Of a stretch of DNA of 64,000 nucleotides, positions 50,816-59,354 are shown one piece after another (the stretch's first letter is position 1; every line of letters starts with the position of its first letter). The position numbers were made by a program, and so were the translations under genes. The stretch spans positions 310,001 to 374,000 of IMG/VR virus record IMGVR_UViG_3300033145_003233; one strand, 5' to 3'. The notes under the pieces were generated by a model. That model saw only the letters and a list, made by a program, of their open reading frames with translations. It searched no databases and was not told where the DNA came from.

Positions 50816-51427
50816 TTATCCCCTCCCAAATAAAAAAATATGCTGAATTGCATCTCTATCAAAAGTAGTGACTATCTTATTATTTTCACATTTTTTCGTA
50901 GAAAAGCCAATCTCACTGCATATATCTAGCATATTTTTAACAGAAAATCCTTTATTATGGAAATCATGCTGGCTATCAAGATCTATATCTTCAACAGTAG
51001 TAAGAAATAAACCACCACCCGGCTTTAAATTGCGATAACATGAATTAAGAAACCCCTCATAATTATCCAAATGTTCAATAGTTTCAATAGAGCATATAAA
51101 ATTGACATTACCCAGCAAAATATCATTATTTAAATCAAAGTTTATAAAACTCCTATTTAAAGCAGTATATTTATCTCGAGCAAAATCAATAGCATCTTTA
51201 GATATGTCCATACCGACATACGTATTCTTTTTAAAAATAAGAGAGCCATACCCGCAGCCACAAGCGACATCAAGAACCATACCCCTTTGAGGGGCGAATT
51301 CAGAAGCTTCATTATATCTATCAAGATGTCTGATTGTATTCATCTCATTAAAATTTGATATCTTCTTCACATCATCATAGAATATACGTTCAAGAGTTAA
51401 AAATCTTTTATCTTTATATATTTTCAT
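50816..51427 (-). CDS. Class I SAM methyltransferase
   Basis: HLDRY, VLDVACGCGYG, ETIEHL, LKPGG. Confidence 0.9.
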   Translation of the reverse strand: MKIYKDKRFLTLERIFYDDVKKISNFNEMNTIRHLDRYNEASEFAPQRGMVLDVACGCGYGSLIFKKNTYVGMDISKDAIDFARDKYTALNRSFINFDLNNDILLGNVNFICSIETIEHLDNYEGFLNSCYRNLKPGGGLFLTTVEDIDLDSQHDFHNKGFSVKNMLDICSEIGFSTKKCENNKIVTTFDRDAIQHIFLFGRG

Positions 51428-51906
51428 TATGTTAATTTAATCCTAACTTTTTTAATACCCAATGCACAACAAACTGCCGCCCTATGTTTCCTACTTTTCA
51501 ATACATATGATTTTTTATCTGGAGAATATTTATCATGATTTGAAGTTTTATAAGCCCTTATCAAATGCCTCGTCTTATCATATTTCCCCTCACAATAACC
51601 ATGTTCCTTTATAGACTCCACCATTCTTATCACTCTATTAGCAGCATTATATTTGTGTCTGTCATCTTTCACTGTTTCAGCATCAGAATATCTATCATAT
51701 TCATATTGTATAAATATATGAGAGTCCAAATTATCCAGAATATCTTTACCATGCTTAAGATAGTCTTCTGCGAAGATGGCAAGAGGATGATTTCCCATCC
51801 ATAAATAATTACCATCTTTTCTCCAGTACTTTTTGTAATAAGATTTTAAATCAGGCTTATAAGGGAAGAACAACAAGTCTATAGGTATCGTTATAATAGA
51901 TGGCAT
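51427..51906 (-). CDS. ParB/Srx-fold protein
   Basis: ESIKEHGY...YVLKSRKHRAAVC; paralog of 17907-18623. Confidence 0.55.
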   Translation of the reverse strand: MPSIITIPIDLLFFPYKPDLKSYYKKYWRKDGNYLWMGNHPLAIFAEDYLKHGKDILDNLDSHIFIQYEYDRYSDAETVKDDRHKYNAANRVIRMVESIKEHGYCEGKYDKTRHLIRAYKTSNHDKYSPDKKSYVLKSRKHRAAVCCALGIKKVRIKLT

Positions 51907-51907
51907 A

Positions 51908-52819
51908 TTATATCTCCAAAACTTTATAAAAAAAATCCAGATAGTTCCTAGCTATATATCCGATATCCAATCCAGGAGCTTTAGGGTATATAGGATTGTC
52001 ATTCATTGACAATAGGGCTTTAGCAATAGCATCTACATCTAATATCGGAGGCTTATACAAAAAAACTGGTGAGAAATCCCACTGAACATCTTTTATGGCA
52101 ATACCTCCCAACCTTCCTATCTCTCCCGAACCTCCGGAATCGGAATAAAGCACGGGACAACCAGCTACCAAAGATTCTACCATAGCATTAGGGCACCAAT
52201 CCAGCCATGACAAATGAATAGTAGCAATAGCATGAGATAAATGCTTTTTTATTTTATCCTGAGATATCCACCCTAGATATTTAATATTGGGATGGTTTAT
52301 TCTTTCATTCTTATCTATATCTCCGGCTATATACAGAAAAGAATCCAGCCCATTTTCTAATGCTCTAATAAAACCATCACATATATTATTTAATCTTTTG
52401 TGAGGCCTCCATCGACAATAAGAAAAAAAATAATTATGCACATCTCTTTTAAGGAATTCCCTGGGATCAGCACCATTATGAAGACAAGTATTATATTTTT
52501 TAACCTTCAAGAATTTTTCATATGCCTTTTTACAAAATACTCCCTGATAGATTATAGCATCGCTTTTCCCTATATATCTAAGGATCTTTTTATTTTTCTT
52601 CTCATATGATTGAGCCTTATTTAATATCAGGCCATCAACCCTCATTATTATTTTCTTAGCCCTTAATTTACTTATTTTTCTACCTATATGCAATAATACA
52701 TCAGCATCGTTGTCCACTATTTTTATACCTATATGTCTCAATTCAGTTGACAACCTATTAAGAAATTTATGCTTACCAGAATCCGTTCTTCTTATATCTT
52801 CTGAAAAACACAATCTCAT
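51908..52819 (-). CDS. GT4 glycosyltransferase
   Basis: RVDG, HNG, WRPHKRL, DWCPNAMVESL.AG.P. Confidence 0.85.
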   Translation of the reverse strand: MRLCFSEDIRRTDSGKHKFLNRLSTELRHIGIKIVDNDADVLLHIGRKISKLRAKKIIMRVDGLILNKAQSYEKKNKKILRYIGKSDAIIYQGVFCKKAYEKFLKVKKYNTCLHNGADPREFLKRDVHNYFFSYCRWRPHKRLNNICDGFIRALENGLDSFLYIAGDIDKNERINHPNIKYLGWISQDKIKKHLSHAIATIHLSWLDWCPNAMVESLVAGCPVLYSDSGGSGEIGRLGGIAIKDVQWDFSPVFLYKPPILDVDAIAKALLSMNDNPIYPKAPGLDIGYIARNYLDFFYKVLEI

Positions 52820-53628
52820 TAAATTCTCATATTCTTTATCATTCTCTGTATGCAGTCATTTTTAGAATTCTTTTTATAATAAGAAAAAACTTCTCTCCAT
52901 TTCTTCTTATGAGTACTTTTTAAATACTTAGCACAATCCATAGCTTTAACCAAATAACCTTGCTTAGAACTAGGACAATGCTTTTCCATTTGCTTAAGAG
53001 TTCTTAGGACATAAGATAATGCCGCATCATGTTCTCCCAACCGAGCAAAATATTTAAAACACCAGAAAAAAGGAGTAAACATTTGTTTAAGGCTATTACA
53101 TTTATAAGCCTCTTCAGCAGACTTTAAATAACATCGTTCCATCTCTATTTTCTTATCATCTTCCGAATTTAAAAAAGCCTCGTCCCCCAATCTATGAGCT
53201 TCCATCTCATAAAAGAGACACAAACCATAATATTTTTTCTGTTCTTTAAATTTATCTTTCAAAGCCAACATAAATTTACGAGAAAGATCCCAATCTATAT
53301 CTTCTCCCTGCATCCTCTGTAAGTCTTGCTCTGACCTTAATATCCCCTGTTTCTCAAATTGCCCATATATATATCTAATACAAGCAGCATAACCAACATG
53401 ATTGTTAGGTGGCTCATAAGGATATCTCTCGCTAAGAACATCAACAATGATTTTAAATTGCACCTCATCTAATTTAGGCAAAGCAAAATATACATCTTTT
53501 CCTGGCCGGCCCAAATATTCCCCACCATTAAATGCTCCCTCCATGTTTCCTGGCCCTTTAGGAACTTTTGCCAATATTTTTTTTGAGCACAATTCAACCA
53601 AATTATCAAAACTTAATTTGTATTCCAT
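52819..53628 (-). CDS. Hypothetical alpha-helical protein
   Basis: 269 aa coupled ORF with no recognisable motif; C-half looks TPR-like. Confidence 0.6.
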   Translation of the reverse strand: MEYKLSFDNLVELCSKKILAKVPKGPGNMEGAFNGGEYLGRPGKDVYFALPKLDEVQFKIIVDVLSERYPYEPPNNHVGYAACIRYIYGQFEKQGILRSEQDLQRMQGEDIDWDLSRKFMLALKDKFKEQKKYYGLCLFYEMEAHRLGDEAFLNSEDDKKIEMERCYLKSAEEAYKCNSLKQMFTPFFWCFKYFARLGEHDAALSYVLRTLKQMEKHCPSSKQGYLVKAMDCAKYLKSTHKKKWREVFSYYKKNSKNDCIQRMIKNMRI

Positions 53629-54125
53629 TATTCCACCTTATCAAAAATAGCGAACCACGTTCCCTTCCCTCTATGATCTCTTCCCTTATAATTAGTATAG
53701 TCCCTTCCAACTTTATCCTTAACTGCCTGAATCAACTTCGCCTCTCTGCCCCTATCAGAATCATCAAATAACATAATAACATTTGTGTTAAACAAGTCCA
53801 TAAATTCTGACATTTTCTTCCTACCAACCTTAGTTCCATCAACTTTTCTTGGTGGGCCATCTACCAATAATAAATCATAATGCTTAGGCAACTTCTTGCG
53901 TAGAGCTTTTACATCGTACCATCCATCTTTTATTGACGCATATATATATGTAGAATTATATTTATTCATCCACCTTTTATCATGTTCTACCGAAAACATC
54001 TTATATTTTTCAGCCAACCTAGCTGTTCCCTTACCGCTGCCTAATTCTAGAATAGTACTACCTTCAGGTAAATTATCATGAATCCATTCATGTATTTCAT
54101 CACACATTAGAAACCCTTTTCCCAT
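53628..54125 (-). CDS. Class I SAM methyltransferase-like protein
   Basis: ILELGSGKGT, SVEHD, LLLVDGP, FDD. Confidence 0.8.
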   Translation of the reverse strand: MGKGFLMCDEIHEWIHDNLPEGSTILELGSGKGTARLAEKYKMFSVEHDKRWMNKYNSTYIYASIKDGWYDVKALRKKLPKHYDLLLVDGPPRKVDGTKVGRKKMSEFMDLFNTNVIMLFDDSDRGREAKLIQAVKDKVGRDYTNYKGRDHRGKGTWFAIFDKVE

Positions 54126-54143
54126 CTTCCTTCCCCCTTTCTT

Positions 54144-55151
54144 TTATAATTTAGTTAAAAAACGAGACAATTCCTCATATGCCACATAGGAATATTTCTT
54201 ATGGCCTTCTATCTTATTAATAATAGAGGCCAGTCTTTTAGATGTCCTTTTAAAACCATATTTACTCATATAATCTCGCCTAATAGAATCTCCATTAAAC
54301 TCTTTATCTTTCATCTCCAAAAGAGATGTTTTTATTTCATTATAATAATATTCTTCATTATCATTTATATCATCTAATGAAGATGGAGAATCAAAAAACA
54401 ACCCATTTGTCTCATTAATATATTTCCACCCTCCCCAGATATTCTTATTCATCAGAACGGGTTTGCCCCTTAACAATGTTTCGGGTATAGTTCTTGGACT
54501 AGCATCCCGAGTATTGGGAAATAAAACGAATTTGCATTTCTGCATTAATCTAGTAATTTCTTTTTGACTTTTTACACCTCTTTTTATTACCAGATTATCA
54601 CAATCCTTTAACTCCTCTCTTACTATATGTGCCTGACCAGAGCTAGATTCTTTTAACTCCTTACTATAATTAGGCCTAGGAAACACATGATAATAATCTA
54701 AGACTATTCCCCTCATCCCTAGTTCATCAGCTACTCTAGAAATCATTGGCAAAGCATGATATCCCTTACACCTAATTCCCTGAACACTGTCAATAGTAAA
54801 ACAAAAAAAATCATATTCATATTTTTTCCGATCTTCACAAACCCTTATATCTCCCATCCATTCGTTATCGCAAAAATCAGATTCAGAAAAAAGATATAAA
54901 TCTCTATCTGTAGGAAATATTTTAGTTTCATCAAAAGGATGGCAAATAGCTTTTATATTTTTAGACCATCCCCTAGTCTTGTACTTAAATACAAAATTAC
55001 ACACTATGCAAATAGAATTAGAATTTAATTTTCTATCTTGTTCTTCCTTCCACTTGAGCTTTCTCATCACCATATTAGGAATCTTAACCAATTTTTTTCC
55101 CTTTTTGGTTATAGCCATCAACTTCTTATATACAGATGGTTTTATGTTCAT
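54144..55151 (-). CDS. GT4-like (GT-B) glycosyltransferase
   Basis: FPNTRDASPRTIPETL..GKPVL, ETNGLFF. Confidence 0.7.
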   Translation of the reverse strand: MNIKPSVYKKLMAITKKGKKLVKIPNMVMRKLKWKEEQDRKLNSNSICIVCNFVFKYKTRGWSKNIKAICHPFDETKIFPTDRDLYLFSESDFCDNEWMGDIRVCEDRKKYEYDFFCFTIDSVQGIRCKGYHALPMISRVADELGMRGIVLDYYHVFPRPNYSKELKESSSGQAHIVREELKDCDNLVIKRGVKSQKEITRLMQKCKFVLFPNTRDASPRTIPETLLRGKPVLMNKNIWGGWKYINETNGLFFDSPSSLDDINDNEEYYYNEIKTSLLEMKDKEFNGDSIRRDYMSKYGFKRTSKRLASIINKIEGHKKYSYVAYEELSRFLTKL

Positions 55152-55154
55152 GTA

Positions 55155-55895
55155 TTAATATCTTTCCATAAAAGTATCATAAGTATATTTCTTACCCTTA
55201 TCCATAACTGTCTTACTATGATCTAAAATGAGATTATGGGCAACAGCATAATCAATAAATTGTCTTCTATAGCACTTCCCATCTTTATAAAAATTAGTTC
55301 TCTCAATAACATTATCTTTCACACAATACGATCTCATGTTATGGCTTGTTTTGTTTCTTACTGCCCGCCTAGTCGTTTTTGCTCCCCTTCTTTCGTAGTC
55401 CCAAGCATCTAAACCAGGTTGTAAAGTCAATTCAAAATATTTCCTCCTCCATAATGATGGCTGCAAAGAAATATGATAACGATATCTAGTAGAGATAGGG
55501 AATATATCTTTCTTTTCCGATCCACTATCAGGCATTACTTTGTGCTTAGTATTGGACAATCTTAAAAACCCCATATCTGAATGAGATTCAAAATAATTAA
55601 AATAATGCTCCCACCTATTAATATCATTTTTATCTGTAAAAATATGATCATCACAACATACTAAAAAAATATCTTCTTCTACATATTTTAACGCATGTAA
55701 CATATTAGAGCTAAACTGTAGATCTTTCTTTAATCTTATTATCTGACAGTTATCTCCCAAATCAATTTCTCCCTTATAATCCGTTACAATATAAAACTTA
55801 TCAAAGAAACCAAATCTATTAGCCTCATTATAAAATGCGGGAATAACCTCAAAAAGAAAAGCCGGAGTTTGAACTAAAATAACTCTTTTACTCAT
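55155..55895 (-). CDS. GT-A-like glycosyltransferase
   Basis: VCCDD, FLRL, SLQPSLWR, W.YE. Likely start ATG 55895 (ORF track 55928). Confidence 0.6.
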   Translation of the reverse strand: MSKRVILVQTPAFLFEVIPAFYNEANRFGFFDKFYIVTDYKGEIDLGDNCQIIRLKKDLQFSSNMLHALKYVEEDIFLVCCDDHIFTDKNDINRWEHYFNYFESHSDMGFLRLSNTKHKVMPDSGSEKKDIFPISTRYRYHISLQPSLWRRKYFELTLQPGLDAWDYERRGAKTTRRAVRNKTSHNMRSYCVKDNVIERTNFYKDGKCYRRQFIDYAVAHNLILDHSKTVMDKGKKYTYDTFMERY

Positions 55896-56244
55896 GTATA
55901 CCAAACCCCCCAACGCTATCTCTAACAATATCTTTAGAATCTAACTCAACCCAATAAACCTCATAAGCTACACTATCTTTAAGCACAGTAAACTTATGAT
56001 ATTCACCAGGAGAGACTATGCAAGATTGACCTGCTTTCAAAATGGTTTTATCAACTAAATTATAATCATTCTTCCATATGCTTATCCTAATTTCCCCCTT
56101 TTCCAAAAAAAACATATTGAATTTATGATCGTGTTTGTGTTTAGAACAATGATGATTCTTCTTTCCCTCTATTCTGTGAATCTCAACATTATTCTTATCA
56201 AATATTTTAGAGGTACTCCCCCAAATTTTTCCACTTATATCCAT
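55888..56244 (-). CDS. Cupin-domain protein (sugar isomerase-like)
   Basis: KIWG, CSKH.H..K.N.F, PGEYHKF, EVY, DIVR. Confidence 0.8.
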   Translation of the reverse strand: MDISGKIWGSTSKIFDKNNVEIHRIEGKKNHHCSKHKHDHKFNMFFLEKGEIRISIWKNDYNLVDKTILKAGQSCIVSPGEYHKFTVLKDSVAYEVYWVELDSKDIVRDSVGGFGIHE

Positions 56245-56253
56245 CTCTCCCTC

Positions 56254-56994
56254 CTATCTCAAAAATTCGACTCCAGATAAATCTGTTTTCCTCTTCTCTA
56301 TTAAAGATAAAACTTTTCTTTGTAATTGTTTATTAATCTTTAATTTTTCCTTAGATCTATGCATTTGCCTTTTATGCCTACGATACATACTAACATATTT
56401 ATCGACATATCCGATTTTAAATCTATGATTGAATACTCTTGCCCACATTTCCCTATCGCTTTTGCTTCTTAAAGATTCATCATACAAACCTATCTTCCGA
56501 TGAATATCTTTTTTAAGCATAACGCTTTGAGCGTGTACTAGTTTATAACATGAAGCATCTTTTTTGCCATTTAGCCATTTCTGCCAAAGCCTCGATTCTT
56601 TTGTTTTAATACTATCCTCTCTAACACTAAAATCAAGAACTGGGCCATGAACAAAATCAAAACCTTGTTTAATCTTCTCATATCTTAGGGCTATACCATT
56701 TTCTGTAGTCATATCATCAGCGTCCAACATCACTAAAATATCAGCACTAGCCATATTTATACCGACATTCTTAGCATGAGAATAGCCACAGTTTTTACGA
56801 AGTTTAATATATTTAACTCTATCTGATATGTATTTTTTTATATTTGGATAAGGATTATCAATAGAATTATCATCAACTATAATCATCTCTGAATTTTTAA
56901 AATTTTGCTTGAGGAAAGATTCAATACAATCAACGATATAGTCTCTGTAATTATACAATGTTGTTATAACTGAAATTTCATACGTAATACCCAT
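56254..56994 (-). CDS. GT2 glycosyltransferase
   Basis: VDDNS, AKNVG, LDADD, GLYDE, DREMWAR. Confidence 0.9.
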   Translation of the reverse strand: MGITYEISVITTLYNYRDYIVDCIESFLKQNFKNSEMIIVDDNSIDNPYPNIKKYISDRVKYIKLRKNCGYSHAKNVGINMASADILVMLDADDMTTENGIALRYEKIKQGFDFVHGPVLDFSVREDSIKTKESRLWQKWLNGKKDASCYKLVHAQSVMLKKDIHRKIGLYDESLRSKSDREMWARVFNHRFKIGYVDKYVSMYRRHKRQMHRSKEKLKINKQLQRKVLSLIEKRKTDLSGVEFLR

Positions 56995-56995
56995 T

Positions 56996-57934
56996 CTATA
57001 TTTCGCTTCTCAACACGCTAACATATTTTTTAACCACATATTTAATATCTAAATCAGAACGATCTGATCGTTTCCCATTATCTTTGCTAATAAGTTTATG
57101 AATACCCTTAGCTACTATACTTGGATTAATATTGTCCTTACATCTAATGGTTAAAGGATGAAAATCCCACTTATCAATATCTAAAATAACACCATCATCT
57201 TTCACAATTTCCCTAGTCCCGCCTAGATTAGTATATAATATCCTCAAACCACATGATAGCCCTTCTATAATAGAGTTAGGGCATGAATCTATTTGTGTCA
57301 AATGTATTTGATACGAACATGCTTTAAAAACAGATATAACTCTCTCGAAAGTACATTCCCCTAGGAAATGTATTCTTTTATTTTCTTTATATCGTTCTAT
57401 TTTATTATCAACCTTAGAATGACCACCTATTATATATAAATGATTCTTAACAGATGCTTTTAAAAAACCCTTGATCATAGAAAAAGGTCTTTTGTTCTTC
57501 CTCCATATAGCGCATGCCACAAACGAGCCAGGAGGAATTTCCTTATCTGGTTGTATATTCTTAATACTATCTAAATCAATTCCATTATGAATAACGGTAT
57601 CGGGCTTTTTGATATTCATGACTCCCTTACACATTTTTCTAGAGAAATCAGATTGATAAATTACATATTTAGATTTATTAATAGAATTTTTATATACCTC
57701 ATTCATCTTTTCATGATCCCCACCATGATAACATCCATCCACCCTTATAATAATAGGTTTATTATGAGATACCTGATGGCGCAAAAAACACAACTCTCCA
57801 TCAAATTCTTTTGTTGGATCATGTACTATTTCTATATCTTCATCAGCAGCATATTTGAGAAAAGCATCAACTAATCTCTGACGAAAAATTTTAGGACCAC
57901 CGCTAAACTTTTTCATAATTACTAATATTTTCAT
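56996..57934 (-). CDS. GT4 glycosyltransferase
   Basis: RVDG, YQS.FS, IHNG, DSCPNSIIEGL; paralog of 51908-52819. Confidence 0.85.
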   Translation of the reverse strand: MKILVIMKKFSGGPKIFRQRLVDAFLKYAADEDIEIVHDPTKEFDGELCFLRHQVSHNKPIIIRVDGCYHGGDHEKMNEVYKNSINKSKYVIYQSDFSRKMCKGVMNIKKPDTVIHNGIDLDSIKNIQPDKEIPPGSFVACAIWRKNKRPFSMIKGFLKASVKNHLYIIGGHSKVDNKIERYKENKRIHFLGECTFERVISVFKACSYQIHLTQIDSCPNSIIEGLSCGLRILYTNLGGTREIVKDDGVILDIDKWDFHPLTIRCKDNINPSIVAKGIHKLISKDNGKRSDRSDLDIKYVVKKYVSVLRSEI

Positions 57935-58596
57935 TGATCTTCCTTAACTATCTGTTCCCAGATACTCTTACTAAATTCAGATTTACCCTTGACCAAACAA
58001 CATGAACGTAATTTTTTCTTATTAAATGGATGAAAATATGCACTATCATTGTTTTCACTTAAAAATTCATCAACTACTTTTTTAATCCCGTACCATTTTT
58101 TATCCCCATAATCGTGAAAGAATACAACTCCACCCTCAGTCATTAAGGGCCAAAAAGAATCAAATGAAATTTGAGCAGGTTCATATAAATCTGTATCTAT
58201 ATGAAGCATCATAATAGACAACTCTTTATTTTCTTCCACAAAAAGAGGAACTGTTTTTAAAATATCTCCTCTAATCATGGTACATAAATGTATAACCCCA
58301 TTTTTAGTCAAGCTCTCTAAACAATCATCATAAGTGTCAGAAGCATTTTCAATCCTCTCTTTAAATTTCTCTGGATTTGTGAAAGGAGTAAGATCTATTT
58401 TAGAAAAATGAGGAAAGCCATGCCACGTATCAAACAAATAACCTTTAATATACAAACTAGTAGCCATAATGACCGAAGCCGTTCCCTGTTTCACTCCACA
58501 CTCCACAAAACTAACATCTTCTCTATTTCCCACATATTTAAAAAGTATTTGAGAGATTCTCTTTATAAAAAGACGATGCCACTGTTTTTTTGTCAT
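57931..58596 (-). CDS. TylF/MycF-family O-methyltransferase
   Basis: VECGV, FDTWHGF, LHIDTDLYE, FHDY. Confidence 0.88.
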   Translation of the reverse strand: MTKKQWHRLFIKRISQILFKYVGNREDVSFVECGVKQGTASVIMATSLYIKGYLFDTWHGFPHFSKIDLTPFTNPEKFKERIENASDTYDDCLESLTKNGVIHLCTMIRGDILKTVPLFVEENKELSIMMLHIDTDLYEPAQISFDSFWPLMTEGGVVFFHDYGDKKWYGIKKVVDEFLSENNDSAYFHPFNKKKLRSCCLVKGKSEFSKSIWEQIVKEDQ

Positions 58597-59354
58597 ATCT
58601 CACCTTCTATTATTGGATAAGGTTTTAAATTGTATTTTTCTCTTCTCACAATAGCTTCTTGAACCAATCTCTTCCATGTTACCTTAGTGCTCTCTTTAGA
58701 CACTATGCTTCTTTTAACGCCTTGTCTATACCTATAGCAAATTCTATTAATAAACATACCATTTCCAAGTTCTTCTAATCTATATCCCATATATTTATCA
58801 ACAGCGCACCTTAATCCTTTAGGCAACAAGTGTTTTAAATCATTACAACGCCGAGAAAAAGTTCTCCAATGAGAATAAACATGTTTTCTTCTCTCCCCAG
58901 AATCCAGCATAGACCCCCACTTAGTAGGCATTCTACAAAAACCCACCTTTATATCTTTCATATTAACATTGCAAATCTTGAATTGAGTATAGATCCACGC
59001 TATATCTTTGTATTTATTATATTTTCTCATGATATATTCTACAGCATCATTTACTAACATATCGTCAGCATCTAATACCCCCATAAAATCTCCAGTTGCA
59101 TTATTAATTGCCACCCTATAAGAACTACTACAATGCATCCTTTTCTTATTTGTTATATGTTTAAATGAAATATCTGAATCATTAAATTTGCCCATTAATT
59201 TTTGTATGATGTTATTAGTATTATCTCCCGAGCGGTCATCTACAAATACAACCTCTAGAGGCCTATATTCCTGCTTCAAAATAGATTGGCCCCATTCATG
59301 CAAATATTTTTCCTTATTAAAACTAGATGTTACAATAGTAAATTTAGATTCCAA
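58593..59354 (-). CDS. GT2 glycosyltransferase
   Basis: VDDRSGD, LDADD; duplicate of the C-terminal domain of 59355-61244. Confidence 0.9.
   Translation of the reverse strand: MESKFTIVTSSFNKEKYLHEWGQSILKQEYRPLEVVFVDDRSGDNTNNIIQKLMGKFNDSDISFKHITNKKRMHCSSSYRVAINNATGDFMGVLDADDMLVNDAVEYIMRKYNKYKDIAWIYTQFKICNVNMKDIKVGFCRMPTKWGSMLDSGERRKHVYSHWRTFSRRCNDLKHLLPKGLRCAVDKYMGYRLEELGNGMFINRICYRYRQGVKRSIVSKESTKVTWKRLVQEAIVRREKYNLKPYPIIEGEI

Noticed and set aside
17907-51906. ParABS partition system
   Set aside because: The ParB-like ORFs lack HTH and dimerisation domains; no ParA or parS-like array was seen.
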